A DNA stretch of 64,000 nucleotides. Origin: Octopus vulgaris. Taxonomy: Eukaryota. Position 1 is the stretch's first letter; every line of letters begins with the position of its first letter. Where the stretch lies: NCBI GenBank assembly GCA_951406725.2, contig OX597824.1, positions 87,730,001 through 87,794,000 on the forward strand. Reading direction: 5' to 3'. Shown here in pieces: positions 1 through 15,262 of this stretch. The notes under the pieces were generated by a model. The model saw only the letters and a list, made by a program, of their open reading frames with translations, was not told the DNA's origin and did no database searches. The position numbers and the translations under genes were made by a program.

Positions 1-254
1 TATGTCAATTATAAAAAAAACCCAGTAAAATTACATAAAAAAACTGTTGATTAATTTAAATTTGTTGATTAATCAATTCTATTTTTATTCATTTTGGAAT
101 AACCCTAATTAGTTGCGACCCCCACCCCCTCTCACTCAGTGAATAAGATTATTTTTTGGTGATTTAAGAAAAAAAATGATATTTATTTATTAATCATTTT
201 TATGGTTGTACCCTTTTTTTTCCCATTATTTATGCGAGGTCTCATGTCTTTTTA

Positions 255-546
255 AGTTCATTTTGTTGTATATGTCTAGATACACACACATGTAGGAATA
301 TATATATATAAAGTATATATATGTATATATACACACACACACACTCACATACATAAACATATACACACGTTCATGTGTGTGTGCATATATATATATATAT
401 ATTACACACACACACACAAACATATACACATTCGTGTGTGTGTGCATATGTATATATATATATATATAATATACACACACAAACACATATAATATCTATA
501 TATAATATATACATGAATATATATATGTACATATACAAACAATATT

Positions 547-617
<71 letters not shown>

Positions 618-642
618 ATATATATATATAATATATATATGT

Positions 643-675
<33 letters not shown>

Positions 676-711
676 ATATATATATGTAATATATATATAT
701 ATATATATATA

Positions 712-742
<31 letters not shown>

Positions 743-787
743 GTGATTATATATATATCTATGTATGTATGTATTATATATGATGTA

Positions 788-832
<45 letters not shown>

Positions 833-846
833 TTTTATTTATTTGC

Positions 847-877
<31 letters not shown>

Positions 878-878
878 T
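255..878. repeat. Compound (TA)n/(CA)n microsatellite
   Basis: Near-continuous TA and CA dinucleotide runs; the overlapping ORFs are YI/HT repeats only. Confidence 0.95.
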
Positions 879-1329
879 ATTTCTCACTATTCATGAAATA
901 TTTCAGTTGCATTCATGAAACTGATTGATACAAAAGACAATTTTACCGAACCGTCCACATCTAAGATCTTTAGACTTTCTCCAAAATAGAGGTTTATTTT
1001 TCAGCTATTCATATCAGGGCTCACACTTGGAGAAAATATATATCTATTTCATTTAGGTATTTGTAGGTCATTTGCTACCCTAAAAAAAAAAAGAAGAAAA
1101 CTTATATACTTCAATAACACGTTCTGCATTTCTAAAAGAAAAATCCTGCTCTAGAAAATAAATATTTATTTATTTATTTAGTTAAGCTGGAGTTTTAATT
1201 TTATTATTTATTATTCCTTGCAAAAAAAAACCCAAAAGAAACAGTTGCCTCAAAAATGAAAGAAAAATTGACAGTCCCTTTCTGAAATAATTTTAATTGC
1301 TTCCATGTATATATATATATACACACATC

Positions 1330-1363
<34 letters not shown>

Positions 1364-1431
1364 AATTTATAAATAAGGATAATATCGATATTTAAATATC
1401 GATCTTATCAAGTGGGCCAGCATGGAAATAA

Positions 1432-1564
1432 ATACCATACAAAGGTAATAATTATTTAAAACTATAAGTTAGGGTTTTGACTGCTATTTCACCATGGTGG
1501 TATCTCTCAGATACCCAAATCTATAGTTTTAAATACACACACACACACATATATATATATACAT

Positions 1565-1647
<83 letters not shown>

Positions 1648-1808
1648 CATACATATATATATGTATATATATACACACATACATACATATATATATATAT
1701 AAAATGTACATACATACATATATATATATATATATGTACATACATACATATATGATGATGTATATATATATATATATACATACATACATACATATACATA
1801 TATATACA

Positions 1809-1875
<67 letters not shown>

Positions 1876-1970
1876 CTATAAATTAGGGTATCTGGGAGAT
1901 ACCACCATGCTGAAATAGCAGTCAAAACCCTAATTTATAGTTTTAAATAATTATTACCTTTGTATGGTAT
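1432..1970. mobile_element. ~100-bp inverted repeat pair (Penelope-like terminal-repeat fragments) around a (TA)n-rich tract, each arm with a degenerate hammerhead-like core
   Basis: 1432-1530 is the near-exact reverse complement of 1872-1970. Each arm reads CTG(A/G)GAGA-short helix-GAAATAGCAGTC inside a long closing helix (aaaactataaattagggt / accctaatttatagtttt). Confidence 0.55.
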
Positions 1971-4900
1971 ATACATACATATACATATATACACACATTA
2001 TATACATACATATGAGGTGTTTTAAAGGTAAACAAGTGGTGGACTCTGTGTGTGTGTGGTTTTTTTAGGTTTGTTTCACACCTGCTCCATGAAGAAGCAA
2101 CAACATTGCCCATAGCAACCTGCGTCCACCACCAACAAAGAGCAACGTAACACTTTAAGAACCGTTCCGTAGCAACCCACGTTCACCACCAACAAAACAC
2201 CACCAAACTATAAACATTCCCATGGCGACAGACCTTTATTTAGCAGCAACAATAAAAAACAACACATGTCCCATTGTCTTATCATCACTCAAAGACTGTC
2301 CTTTTTTTTTTTCTATTCTATGAGGGAGCAGCAATTGTTGTTCAGCTCCAAGTCGGCCATGTTCGGCTTATGATCGAACATGTAAAATGTTCTGTGGTGT
2401 TTATTCTAGCTGCAGCCATCCTGTCTTTTATACAGACAGTATATTTAGGGATAAATACGCTTTGTATTTATTTATTTATCTATTTATGTTTCTTTTTTTT
2501 TTTAAAAAGATAAGCAGGGTGTGATTCGAGGTTGGCTTTAGCTGCTATTTCTAGCAAACCGAGCGACCACATGAAGGCTCTCGACTAATTTACATGGTCG
2601 GTCATCATGAACGATTTCGAAAGCCACACACATTTCACTACGGAAGCAGTCAGTAGCCGTAGTAGAGATCCATTCTTTGATAAACATATACATTGAGAAA
2701 GTCCCGTGGAAAATTTAGGACCACCAGGCAGCAGAGCCTGTTAATAGGTCCTCTTGTGTGGGCACTCGACCTGCTAGAAATACCAGCCAAATACCCCTTA
2801 AGTCACAGACCACCCATTGCCTTAAAGGAGGGAAAGGATACAGTTAGATGTAGTCTTGGGGCATGTCTGTTTGATCAGACTTGGAACTGAACAACAATTC
2901 AGCGCACTAAAGCCTTTATTATCCATAATGAAGTGTATAAGTACCCGTGGAGACTCGTAGATACATATCAGCTAACAAAAAAACCCACACATTTAAGATG
3001 TCCCCCCCTAGACACCGACAGACACCCTAATGGTCCCCTGTTTTAAATAAAATATTTCAGTTCCACCAACGAACATCCTATGGGGGATATTTCTTCCTTG
3101 TAATAATAATAATTAAAAAAAGTTTCTACGTTTTTGACTTAGATTAACGAACAGACAAACCTTAAAAAAAAGACAAATGTTATTTTTTTTCCCTTTTAGG
3201 AATCATCTATTTTCTTTCAACTATTTCTTATATTTAATTAAAAAGAGCCAAAAAAAAAAAAACAACCCCCCCAAGAAAAAATTGAATTACAATAAAAAGT
3301 AATTTCACAAAAAACTGTGATAAGTCAAAACTAGGCCTAGTTTTTTTTGATCTCTTTTATCCATCTTTGTCTACAAAATTTATCCATTCATGTTTTGTCA
3401 TCCATCGATCGAATGTGTGTGTCAGTGTGTCCTCCCCATAACACAGTATTCTTTAATCTATAGAAATCCAACATTTATTGTAGGAATGTAAGAAAGCAAT
3501 TAATTAAAGATAAATGCCAGGTCACCCACATATTAGGACATTTTAAAAAATTTTGTAAAATTAAGCTAAGAAAAAAGATAGGGAGTTATTTGGTGTCCGT
3601 AAAGGTGACGGAATTCCTATACTAGGGAGAATTCGGCCATGAAAAACATTATTTTTAACACATCTATTTATCTGATTCTCTGCAATTATTTATTTTTGGG
3701 GGAAAACCTCTTTAATTAGTGACTCATTCAAAGTCCGGTGGTGTCTTCGTGTTAATGGCTTTTTTTTTTTTTTTGAAAGAAATTAATTTCTAGCAATTAA
3801 GAATGATTTAACATGAACACAGAATGCTGTAGAACATTTAGGTTTAATTAAATAAAAAGGCAAGGCCCCCGAATATTTGAAGAGTTTTGAGTGCTGCCCG
3901 ATGTGGCTTGTTAAATGGCTGAGTGGAGATAGTTGCTAGCAAAATGGCTGCCGTGAATTGTAGGGAAAGAACTCTTCACAGACAACTTGATAAAGCATTC
4001 GGCTGGCTCAACTATATTTCACTTAGCTCGATGGCTTCCATAGATATTTCAAACACAATTAAAATCTTCATTTCAACATTCAATAACCAGTTGTTTAGTC
4101 GTTTTTATTTTGGAAAAACCTGATCAGATTTCGAAAACTTTATTGTTTAAAACCATTGAGTTTTGTATAGTTCTGCTTGTAAAAATGATCATACGTTTTT
4201 TTGAATAGAGAATGGATACATTTTAAAAATGTTCTAAGCTATATAACCTGGAAATGATCTCAGCTATTCTTTTGTCTTTTTATATATCAATGTATATGAT
4301 ATGATTCGATATGGAGAGGGGTAGACAAATGAAAAGAAAGATCCAACTTAACTAATGGGGAGAATTAGTGCAGAGAATTACTTGCTTACATTATTTGCTA
4401 TGGAATGATTAATTTAATGTTACAAATTGAGACGAAAGCTCAGAAATAGCAATTACAACAACAATTACCCCAGATAATTTTTATAATAGTTCCCAACTTC
4501 TACTTAGTATTGTTTTAAATACTGACTTAAAAGCCTCTACGTTTCCCTTATTACCAACTAAAATGGAGATTATGCTGAAGCTGTTGTTTTTTTGTACAGC
4601 TTTCCTCATTTCCTCCCATAAAATTTGAACATTGGAATGCATTATAAAATGAATGACTTAACTAGTAGTAAATGCTATTGCCATTTCATGTTTTACAAGT
4701 ATGATTTTTCTACACCAATATGTTCTGACTTTAATTTTTGTTTTTGTGTGTGTCTGTCTCTGCAAGTTTGGCTGAAAGAAAAATGGAAAGAAAAAAAAAA
4801 GCCTGTAGTTTGCACTATTTCTCTCTCATGGAGACTGTTGAGAAAAAACAGCAATAAAATACAATAAAAAGGGAGGAAGAAGAATATTTATTGCTCGTCT

Positions 4901-5040
4901 TGTAGGGTATTTTAAGAATTATTGCTGTCCCTCCACTCCTCTGTTTTGTTCTGTTCAGAAATTTGAGTCGTTGACAGCCCAGAACAATTTACTGCTGTTT
5001 CCAGCTTCATTATAAAAATTGCTTCTGTGATTCACATATT

Positions 5041-5385
5041 CGAATCCAGGAAAAAAAAGTCACAGGAAAACTTCCATAAAAATGACTGATATTAATGCTT
5101 TTTCCATATATTTCTTTGGTTTCATTGTTTTATTTAAAATATTGAATAAAACGTGATTTTTTTCGTATACGTGTAATGTCCATTATATATTATTATACAT
5201 AAAAAAATGTGGTGTTTATTATCATTGTGTATAACTAGTCATGTGTTATTTGCCAGTTAAATAATAATAATAAGCGACTTAAAATGTTGTTTAAATTACT
5301 TCTTAACCATAATCATTTAATATAAGTATTTAAAAAAAAATAAACTGTGACATTTTTTCCTGTGACTTTTATTTCCGTTCACCAT
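5041..5385. mobile_element. Possible old MITE with sub-repeated TIRs (Mutator-like)
   Basis: GGAAAAAAAAGTCACAGGAAAA near 5049 is mirrored by CTGTGACATTTTTTCCTGTGACTTTTATTTCC near 5345-5376; interior is AT-rich. Confidence 0.4.
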
Positions 5386-5509
5386 ATAATAACATTCATT
5401 TACAAAAGAGCCGCAGGCATTTGCTCTTCCTTTGAATTTCTTTTATTTGTGGTTTTTGTCTCAAGACAGCAGAACAATTTGAAGAAATATCGATATAATT
5501 TGATCAAAT

Positions 5510-5741
5510 AATGTATATATATATATACACACACACATATATATACATATATCTACACATATATATATACATATATCTACACACATATATATATATATAT
5601 ATATATAATGTATACACATATATATAATGTATACATATATATATATATACGTGTATATATATATACATATATATATACGTATATATATATATACATATAT
5701 ATACGTATATATATATATATATATATATGTATACGTATATA

Positions 5742-5776
<35 letters not shown>

Positions 5777-5837
5777 GTATATATATGCATGTATATATAT
5801 ATGTATACACATATATATATATATAATATATATATAC

Positions 5838-5881
<44 letters not shown>

Positions 5882-5900
5882 GTATGTATGTATATATATA
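5510..5900. repeat. (TA)n-rich microsatellite
   Basis: Direct inspection. Confidence 0.95.
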
Positions 5901-6276
5901 CATTGGCAGCAATGTCGAAATGTACTTTATGAAGTCAAGAAAACAACAACCCTAAACTATAATAATATACCCCCCACACACCTAATTCAGTCTATAAATA
6001 TACATATGTATACACACACACACACACATAAGTGTATTTTTGTCAACCATCTTTGCCTTTCTCTCTGTTCTTCCAAGCTATTTCCGGAAATATGGCAATA
6101 TCCTCCTTCTACATACACCTAGATATCTTATTATTGTTATCAATATTATTATTATTATTATTATTATAAATCTTTATTTTTTTTGGGTTTTTTTAAAATT
6201 TTACACTTGAGGTTTTTCTTTTTACATATCCTTTCTAAAATTCGAGTTAAAAAAAAAAGACACCCTCTACACCAAG

Positions 6277-6418
6277 AACAACAACAATAATAATAATAGT
6301 AATAATAATGATAATGATAATAGTAATAATAATAACAATAATAATAATAATAACAATAATAATAATAATAATAATAATGATAATAATAATAGCAATAATA
6401 ATAATAATGATAATGATA

Positions 6419-6457
<39 letters not shown>

Positions 6458-6646
6458 GTAATAATAATGATAATGATAATAGTAATAATAATAATAATAG
6501 CAATAATAATAATAATGATAATAGTAATAATAATAATGATAATAATAATAATAGATAATAATGATAATAGTAATAATAATAATGATAATGATAATAATAA
6601 TAATAGTAATAATAATGATAATAATAATAATAATGACAATAATAAG
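6277..6646. repeat. Degenerate (AAT)n microsatellite
   Basis: AAT triplets with GAT/AGT/AAC variants; source of the poly-I, poly-L and poly-N ORFs. Confidence 0.95.
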
Positions 6647-6999
6647 GGAAAATATTTAAAAACTAAACATGACACCTAACACAGAATTCTTTTAATTTTG
6701 AATCCTTTTAGAAGTTTCTTGTAGGTACTTTGATGGTGTTTGTGTTATTTTTCTTACATGACTCTCCTAATGAATTTATGATATTATTAATTAATTAAAT
6801 AATTAATTGAATTTTAATTGTTTTTGAAGAATAAGTCATAATCAACGAAGAGCAAAAGTTGGTGAAATGTGGGAACATTTGTTTTGTGATGTGGATGATT
6901 TGATTGCTAGAAATAAGCAGAAACGGTTTCATTTGTGTAGAGGTGAACATAATTTGAGGGAATTTATGAAGAATATTAAAGAATACCAGAGTAAGCATA

Positions 7000-7013
7000 T
7001 AATATATATACAT

Positions 7014-7073
<60 letters not shown>

Positions 7074-7402
7074 TTGATATATATTTGTTTCTGCTAAACA
7101 TATTACTCTACCCTGTGTGTGTGTATTGTTACTGAATGTGAGTAGGGTGTTAGAAACACTCTACATTGCTAGAAATAGGAGCTAAAATGCTCTAATGCTG
7201 TAGTCAGGCTCTTGTTATTTGCAATGTAGGTGTTTCTTAAACACCCAAATCACATTTAGTGACAATCATAATTCTCCTTGTTGGTGAAACACTGCAAACT
7301 GCTGTTTATATTGATTTTATACATATACACACATACATATATATATATATATGTATGTATGTATATATATATATGTATGTATATATATATATGTATATAT
7401 AT

Positions 7403-7433
<31 letters not shown>

Positions 7434-8839
7434 TAGCTTATATAACATATATACTTGTATATATATTGCATATATAATATATAAAGTATAAATATATATA
7501 AAGCATATGTAATATCTATGTATATAAATATGTATAATATATATATATATAGCATATATATATATATAATAGCATTTATAATATGCTGCATATATATTTT
7601 ATCCATGAACACACACACACATGTATATATATGTATGTGTATGTATGTATTTTATTTTTACGATTAAGTCAGTCCACTTTTAGACTGTGTGCTTCGTTCA
7701 TTTTCTTTATTATTATTATTATTCTTATAGAAATTGTAAATTTATAGATAAAATTTAGCTTTGAGAGAAAACCGGAACCCGAGGTTTCCTCGTCGGTGAG
7801 GGTTTTTCAATTAGGAACTTCCACACACAATTAATTAATTACCAAGAGTAAAAGTGCTCGTAAGTTAAAATAACAAAACCAATGAATGAATTTAGTATGA
7901 GGAAATACTACACGATTTTAAGTACCTACCAAATTGCCTTAAATCGTTTTTTTGCCTTTTAGGAACATCTTAATTATCGAGGTTATTTTCATAAACTATC
8001 ACACGAAAAATAATACTGGCTAATTGCTTAATTCTCTAATTATTCGTAATAGAAATTAAACTACTTCTATACCCGATACGAGGTTGATAAAAACTAGAAG
8101 CTTTCGTTTTAAAAAAAGGATTCAAAGATACTGACTTATTTTCAAATATATTCTTCCGTTTATTTCATTATTTGCTTGCATCCCCTCCACCCCCTCATCT
8201 TTATTGTTAGTAAAGCAGAACAAAAGAACAACTGAATTACTAATTTACCCCCCCCCCCCAGTTGGGTTTAGATTCGAGAGCCCCACCCCCGCTCCACTCC
8301 TCAACGAAAATCATTTCTGTTCAACAATATTTTTAAATGCATTGAATACATAAATTGATGTTATGATATACAATATTTAAACGCAATATATATATATATG
8401 TGTGTGTGTATATAAATGTGTGTTATATATATATATATATATATATATATGTAAATATGTATGTATATGTGTGTATATATATGTATATATATATGTATAT
8501 ATATGTATGTGTATATATATACACATATATATATGTAAATATGTATGTATATGTATGTGATATATATATATATATATATCTATATTATGTATATATATGT
8601 ATGCATGTATGTAAATATGTATATATATATGTATGTATGTGTGTGTATATATATATATATATATGCATATATAACGGACGCTAAATGATGATGATGATTC
8701 ATATATAATGTGCATATATATATATATATAGCTGAATCTCCCACCTCTTTATATACAGATACATATATGAGACTAACATGTCTAATATCTATATTTGTGT
8801 GTGTGTCTATATATATATATATGTATATATATTCATGTT

Positions 8840-8876
<37 letters not shown>

Positions 8877-8959
8877 GAACACATACACATGTTTGAGTAT
8901 GTATGTGTATACACACACATACAATATATCAGTACATATCTGTATGTATGTTCATACAC

Positions 8960-8992
<33 letters not shown>

Positions 8993-9770
8993 ACACATAC
9001 ACAGCAAAAGGATATTTTTAGAGGTTTAAAAACTGAGCATTAACTGAAAAATATGGACTCCCTACTCCTATAGAGTTAAACTGTAGCAGAACTTCGAAGT
9101 TACACTTAATGAATTTTAAATTGATATATATATGTATGTAAATATATATATATACACACCTGTATGAACATACATGCATGCATACATACATTCATATATA
9201 CATACATACATGTGCTATATCTATGAAAGCATGTCATGTGAGTCTGCATACCAAATTTTTTTTTAAGGAAATACTTTAAGTGCCCAGGACTTTGAAGCTA
9301 ATGTCAGTTTCAATAATATTGTCATAGAGCATTCTCTCTGGTTGTCTGCTCACAGAGAACAATAAAACCCATATCACAATTGTTTTGAAGCTTAGAATAG
9401 TCTTGACGACCTAGGTTCATAGTACAAGTGGTCTCTCATTTATGACTTCACAATTTGTGATCACTACTTGTGTGTGTAACATGTATTAGGTCTACATGCA
9501 TGTGTGTATGTGTATATATATATAAATATATATATGTACATTATATATATACACAGATAAATAGAAGAAATGGACCAACAACAATTAGAAGTTGAATATT
9601 GGTATTAAAAGGTCATAGTTTAATTGTCTATATACTATATGTATATAATATCTATCTATCTATCTATATATATATATATATACACACACATATATACATA
9701 TATAAATGTATGCATATACACATATGTAAATATATGTATGCATACATTTATAAATATATTATATGTGTAT

Positions 9771-9815
<45 letters not shown>

Positions 9816-10398
9816 TAGATAGATGTGTGTGTGTATGTAAGTATGTTTATGTGTCTATACACACACTTGCATGTAATATATGTACCTATATATTGTAAAA
9901 GCCTCTGGTGATCACTTTTGGAAGAAGCTTCCCAATAGTGTAGAATCGACTGATAATTCATTTCAAATAAATGTTTGTGTCCCACTACTTATGATAACAA
10001 TAGCTATTTAATAACATTATCCATAATTACAGTAAGCAGCTTCCACTTATATATTACATATATACATAGCATGAATATATTCATATACATTGGTATATAT
10101 GTATATTTATGAGTGTGTATATACATACATAGATTTTTTTTTACTAGGGGAGGCTGGTTTATGGGATTAACTTGGATTTCCTGTCCATAAAGGGTTTAAC
10201 TTTATGGCATATTGTCTGACCCTAAAACATGTTAGCCTAAGACCTCTTCAAAATATGAAGGGGGCTAAATATATATACATATATACACACATAGACAGGT
10301 ACAAATACATATGCACACATTTACATAATGAGATATAATGTTTATGCATATGAAGTTATATGTAGTTATATAAATGTATATAAATATGTATGTATATA

Positions 10399-10468
<70 letters not shown>

Positions 10469-10506
10469 TATTATTTATATATTCCTATTAAATAATATAT
10501 AAATAT

Positions 10507-10589
<83 letters not shown>

Positions 10590-10704
10590 CACACACACAC
10601 ACACACACACACATAGATTATGTTTATATGTACACACACACACACATATATCTATGTATATAAATATATATGCATACTCATATGTACCTACATATATATA
10701 CATG

Positions 10705-10748
<44 letters not shown>

Positions 10749-12022
10749 CATATACACACACACACGTACATATCCAAGAGCAGAGAGGGAAACTTCATGA
10801 AGATCATCAGAATGTGTTCACTCTCGTTACAGTATAATTAATTTTGTTGCAAATTTTGAAAGAAATTCCTTGTCCATGACGAAGAATTCTTTTCCTCCCT
10901 GTTCTAAGGTCCCTTCATCTTCCACTTTGAAACAAAGTTAATCTGAGTTGTACACTAAACCAACCTTTCTCCGAATATTAACAATAATTTCTTCCCATGT
11001 AAATAATTAATGTGTTGCAATTTACATCACGAAAAATAGGCCATTTTAGTTGTCACAAAACATAACAACAGTGTTTGTTAAAAACCCTTGTGAATGATTT
11101 GACCACAGTTGCGCAACGGAAATTTTCACACCCCCAAAAAATGAACACAAAAAGAAATTAATATATGAGTTTTCCATGTGTATTTTAGATAGCTAAAATG
11201 GCCCTTTTATGATAAAATTGCTTTGGTTTAAACACTTGGTCACAGATCAAAAATCAGTTGCCAGGAAAATACCACTCCAATATGATAAAGTTTGTTTCTC
11301 TTGGCAGTGTGTGGTGAAATTGCATATTTTTCAGTTAACCACGGTTCATTCTCTCTCTTTTAATCTGTTAATTTCTTTGTAGTCTTTTCATTTGAAATTC
11401 AAAAAGGTGCAGGTAGATTAAGCGATGTATTTCTACAAACTGTATAAAGGAGTTTTATTTTTTTATAAACATAACACTATGCACATTGATCAAAGTCAGT
11501 CTGCATGTACAAAATTGGGCCAGTAGGGTGTGTCACCATTGAATTAAAGAAAGCAAAAAAAAACCCCCAAAAAAAAGAAGGCACAGTTGACTTATATATT
11601 GTGTTGAGTATTTATATTATCGACTTGTTCACACGTAACCCTGACTCTCAGCAACCACAATCAGAATGTACCAAGGGGAAATTTAATCCTATCATATCCT
11701 TACCTTGTGAAGAAATTGTCTTTTGTTCCGAGTTAATCTCTATAGAATTTGTTGTGTTACTTTGTTCTATCTCTCTACAACTAGTAAACAAAACAATTAT
11801 ATATATGTATATATTTATATATACATACACACACATATACACATATATATCTATACATACATACATATATGTGTGTGTGTGTATGTGTATATATATATTC
11901 ATACATGTATGCATATATATGTATAAATATCTGTATATATGTACATTTAATACATATGCTTATATATGTATATATATACATGTATAAATAAGTGTATGTA
12001 TGTATGTATATATATATATATG

Positions 12023-12060
<38 letters not shown>

Positions 12061-12120
12061 TATATATGTATATAGATATATATATGTGTGTGTATATATA
12101 TATGTATATATATATATATT
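7000..12120. repeat. Cluster of TA/CA/TATG microsatellite tracts (about 7000-7075, 7320-7650, 8385-9003, 9640-9840, 10370-10770, 11800-12120) separated by unique AT-rich DNA
   Basis: Direct inspection. Confidence 0.9.
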
Positions 12121-13545
12121 GCATCTCTAAATGTGAGAAAGATATTTTAGAATGAGTATTTTAGTGGTGTACCCTGACATTTAATTAATTATTTATTTCA
12201 CTTAAAGAGTAAGAAAAAAACAAGGGTTTGTGTTTTAATGTGTGTGTGTATGTATGTGTGCTTAAATGTACTTTGAATAAAAGTAGCAACCGTTTCTAGC
12301 AATTGGTTTTAGATTCTTAACATTTTCTAAACTTAAACATTTTACTTAATTATTGTAAACATCTTTTTTTTAAATTTTTTTTTTTCTAATTTTTAATGAT
12401 ATGATGTTCAATAGAATTTGTAATCACCAAAAAAGAAAAAATAATAAAAATCTTCTAGAGAGTTCCATGATTTTCAGATAACAAAACATACCAGTGTGTA
12501 CCTCAGATAATCTCAGTAATCACAGATGATGTGCTTATGCGAGTTTTTACTTATATGAAATGACTTCTGAGGAAGGTGCAAACCATCTCCAAAAAAAGCA
12601 AAAAAAAAAAAATCAAAAATACCTATAAATATATGCTAGCATTGAATAAAGTTCCAAAAAAAAAAAAAAACCATTAATTATTTATCTACCACATTTTTGC
12701 CTTCTTATTTTTCCTTATTTTTTCATGTGGGGAAAGTTATTTTTGAACAAAGATTATTTTAATTCAAGGAATTTTTTTTAAAGGCCAAGCTGTGGTGTGT
12801 TCTATTGCAGTTTTGTGTGTTCAAAGCTTACATAATGATACGGGCAAAGTACAGAAAAAACAAAAAAAATTCAATTCATACCACATTCTAAATTTTATGT
12901 TGAGAGCAATTTAAAAATGTTCAACAAGAAGGATGAAGGTTTTTATCCTTCTGTAAATCAATTTTTCTTTCCCTGCGTCTGTATAATTATGTATACTTTG
13001 GTTTCACTACTCTATTTTTTTTTTCCAATTTTCCGTGTGTGCATTCTAATTTGTTTTCGGTCCACAAAAAAAAAAAAAAAAAAAATGTGTATTTATTATT
13101 TGTGTGTTGTTTATGTAATTATCATTGAGGAAAAAAAAAAACAACCAAAAAAACAAAAACAAATAATTGTTTGTGAATATGTTGCACCTTTTTACAACTA
13201 ACTAAAGGGAGATAAATGAGAATGAAAAATGCGTGGGCGTGTCTCCATAGAAACGCTAATAATATTTTGAAAAGCTGTCCAATAACATAAAGAAAATAAA
13301 CAATGGTAACAAATTTTGTGCAGAATTTCAAGGACTCCACTTTATCGGTTTATATGGTGTTACAGTTATTTCGTAAAATAACTGAAATTCGGCACCCCTT
13401 TACCTCATTTCAGTTTTATCGAACAGGGGAAAAAGAAAATCTGTCGGTGAAAAATAAAAAAATAAAAAAATGTTTAATGTAAATAAATAAATATTCAACA
13501 GTAGACACCTTGCTTTGGAAATGTTACTATAAATAGAAAAGACGT

Positions 13546-13584
13546 AATAAATGACAACTTTAAAATTATATGTGTTGTGTTTTT
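13546..13584 (+). terminator. Candidate polyadenylation signal
   Basis: AATAAA at 13546-13551 followed about 20 nt later by a GT/T-rich element (tatgtgttgtgttttt), at the end of a long transposon-poor stretch. AATAAA is common by chance here, so support is weak. Confidence 0.3.
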
Positions 13585-14052
13585 AAATAGATGTCTCCTT
13601 CATCTATGACGGGAAGAAAAAAAACAACAAAATTACTCCGATATTAAGAACCAAAAAAACCATTTATTGTTTTTCAACTGGAGGGAATTAATATATCAAA
13701 TATCAAATATGTATACATGTATCAGATCTATTTAGTTATGTTCATCCGGATTTTTCTAGATGTTTGGAGTGGAAAAATGTTTTTGGAGTTTTATTCACGT
13801 TTCCTCAATTGTTGCCGCTTAGTTGGTTTGCATTCCGTTTTGAAAATTGTGAAATTTATATATCGATTCTAAATCCCAGACCATTCACTGCCATAAATGT
13901 TATTGGTTTCTTCTTTTTCTCAAGTCATTAATCATTAATCATTTCACAGAATAATTAATTAATTTTCCACTTAAATATATATTCATTAATAATCATCTGA
14001 GTTTGTGTGTGTATGCATTTATGTATGTGTTTGTGTGTGTGTGCATATATAT

Positions 14053-14090
<38 letters not shown>

Positions 14091-14117
14091 TCATATATAT
14101 ATGTGTGTGTGTGTGTT

Positions 14118-14149
<32 letters not shown>

Positions 14150-14169
14150 CATATATATATGTAAAATAA

Positions 14170-14275
14170 TATGTGACAATTATTCAATAGCCAAGATAAA
14201 ACTCTGAGTTTCGGATGCCAAGGTGGAAATCCACAACACCATCTCTTCAGCCAGATAACTGATAATATTGCTTAC
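14170..14275 (-). mobile_element. Penelope-like terminal-repeat fragment with partial hammerhead motif
   Basis: Minus strand reads CTGAAGA-GATG...CATC-CGAAACTCAGAGTTT (near-palindromic helix III) and abuts a (TA)n tract. No convincing helix I. Confidence 0.4.
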
Positions 14276-14276
14276 A

Positions 14277-15262
14277 GAGTCATTGGTGTCTCCCATGCTA
14301 TATTAAGAGTATAGTATGGAAAATCACCAGTGCCCCCCCCCCCATAGTATATTAAGCATATTCTGTAGAGTCATTGGTGACTCCCATGGTATAGTAAGAG
14401 TATAGCATGGAGAGTGATTTGTGATGGTATATTACAAGTATAGTATGGGGAGTCATTGGTGACTCCTGTGGTATATTAAGAATATAGCACAGGAAGTGAT
14501 TGATGATTGGTGATTCCTATGGGGAGTCATTGGTGACTCCTGTGGTATATTAAGAATATTGCACAGGGAGTGAGTGATTGGTGATTCCTATGGTATATTG
14601 CAAGTATAGTATGGGGAGTCATTGGTGACTCCTGTGGTGTATTAAGAATATATCACAGGGAGTGATTGGTGATTCCTATGGTATATTACAAGTATAGTAT
14701 GGGGAGTCATTGGTGACTCCTGTGGTGTATTAAGAATATATCACAGGGAGTGATTGGTGATTCCTATGGTATATTACAAGTATAGTATGGGGAGTCATTG
14801 GTGACTCCTGTAGTATATTAAGGATATAGCACAGGGAGTGATTGGTGATTCCTATGGTATATTGCAAGTATAGTATGGGGAGTCATTGGTGACTCCTGTG
14901 GTATATTAAGAATATATCACAGGGAGTGATTGGTGATTCCTATGGTATATTACAAGTATAGTATGGGGAGTCATTGGTGACTCCTGTCGTATATTAAGGA
15001 TATAGTATAGGGAGTGATTGGTGATTCCTATGGAGAGTCATTGGTGACTCCTGTGGTATATTAAGAATATAGCATAGGGAGTGATTGACGATGGGTGATT
15101 CCTATGGGAAGTCATTGGTGACTCTTGTGGTATATTAAGAATATATCACAGGGAGTGATTGGTGATTCCTATGCTATATTTCAAGTATAGTATGGGGTGT
15201 CATTGGTGATTCCTGAGGTATTCTAAAAATATAACATGGGGAGTCACCAGTGACTGCCATAG
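14277..15262. repeat. Tandem satellite, 44-bp monomers arranged as 88-bp dimers, each monomer made of two hairpins
   Basis: GGAGTCATTGGTGACTCC recurs at 14615, 14703 and 14791 (period 88), alternating with GGAGTGATTGGTGATTCC. Confidence 0.9.

Noticed and set aside
6247-6679. Hydrophobic poly-Ile/Leu membrane proteins
   Set aside because: Translations of an (AAT)n microsatellite.
14277-15262. CRISPR-like array
   Set aside because: The intervening segments are themselves repeated rather than unique spacers, there are no cas genes, and the context is eukaryotic.
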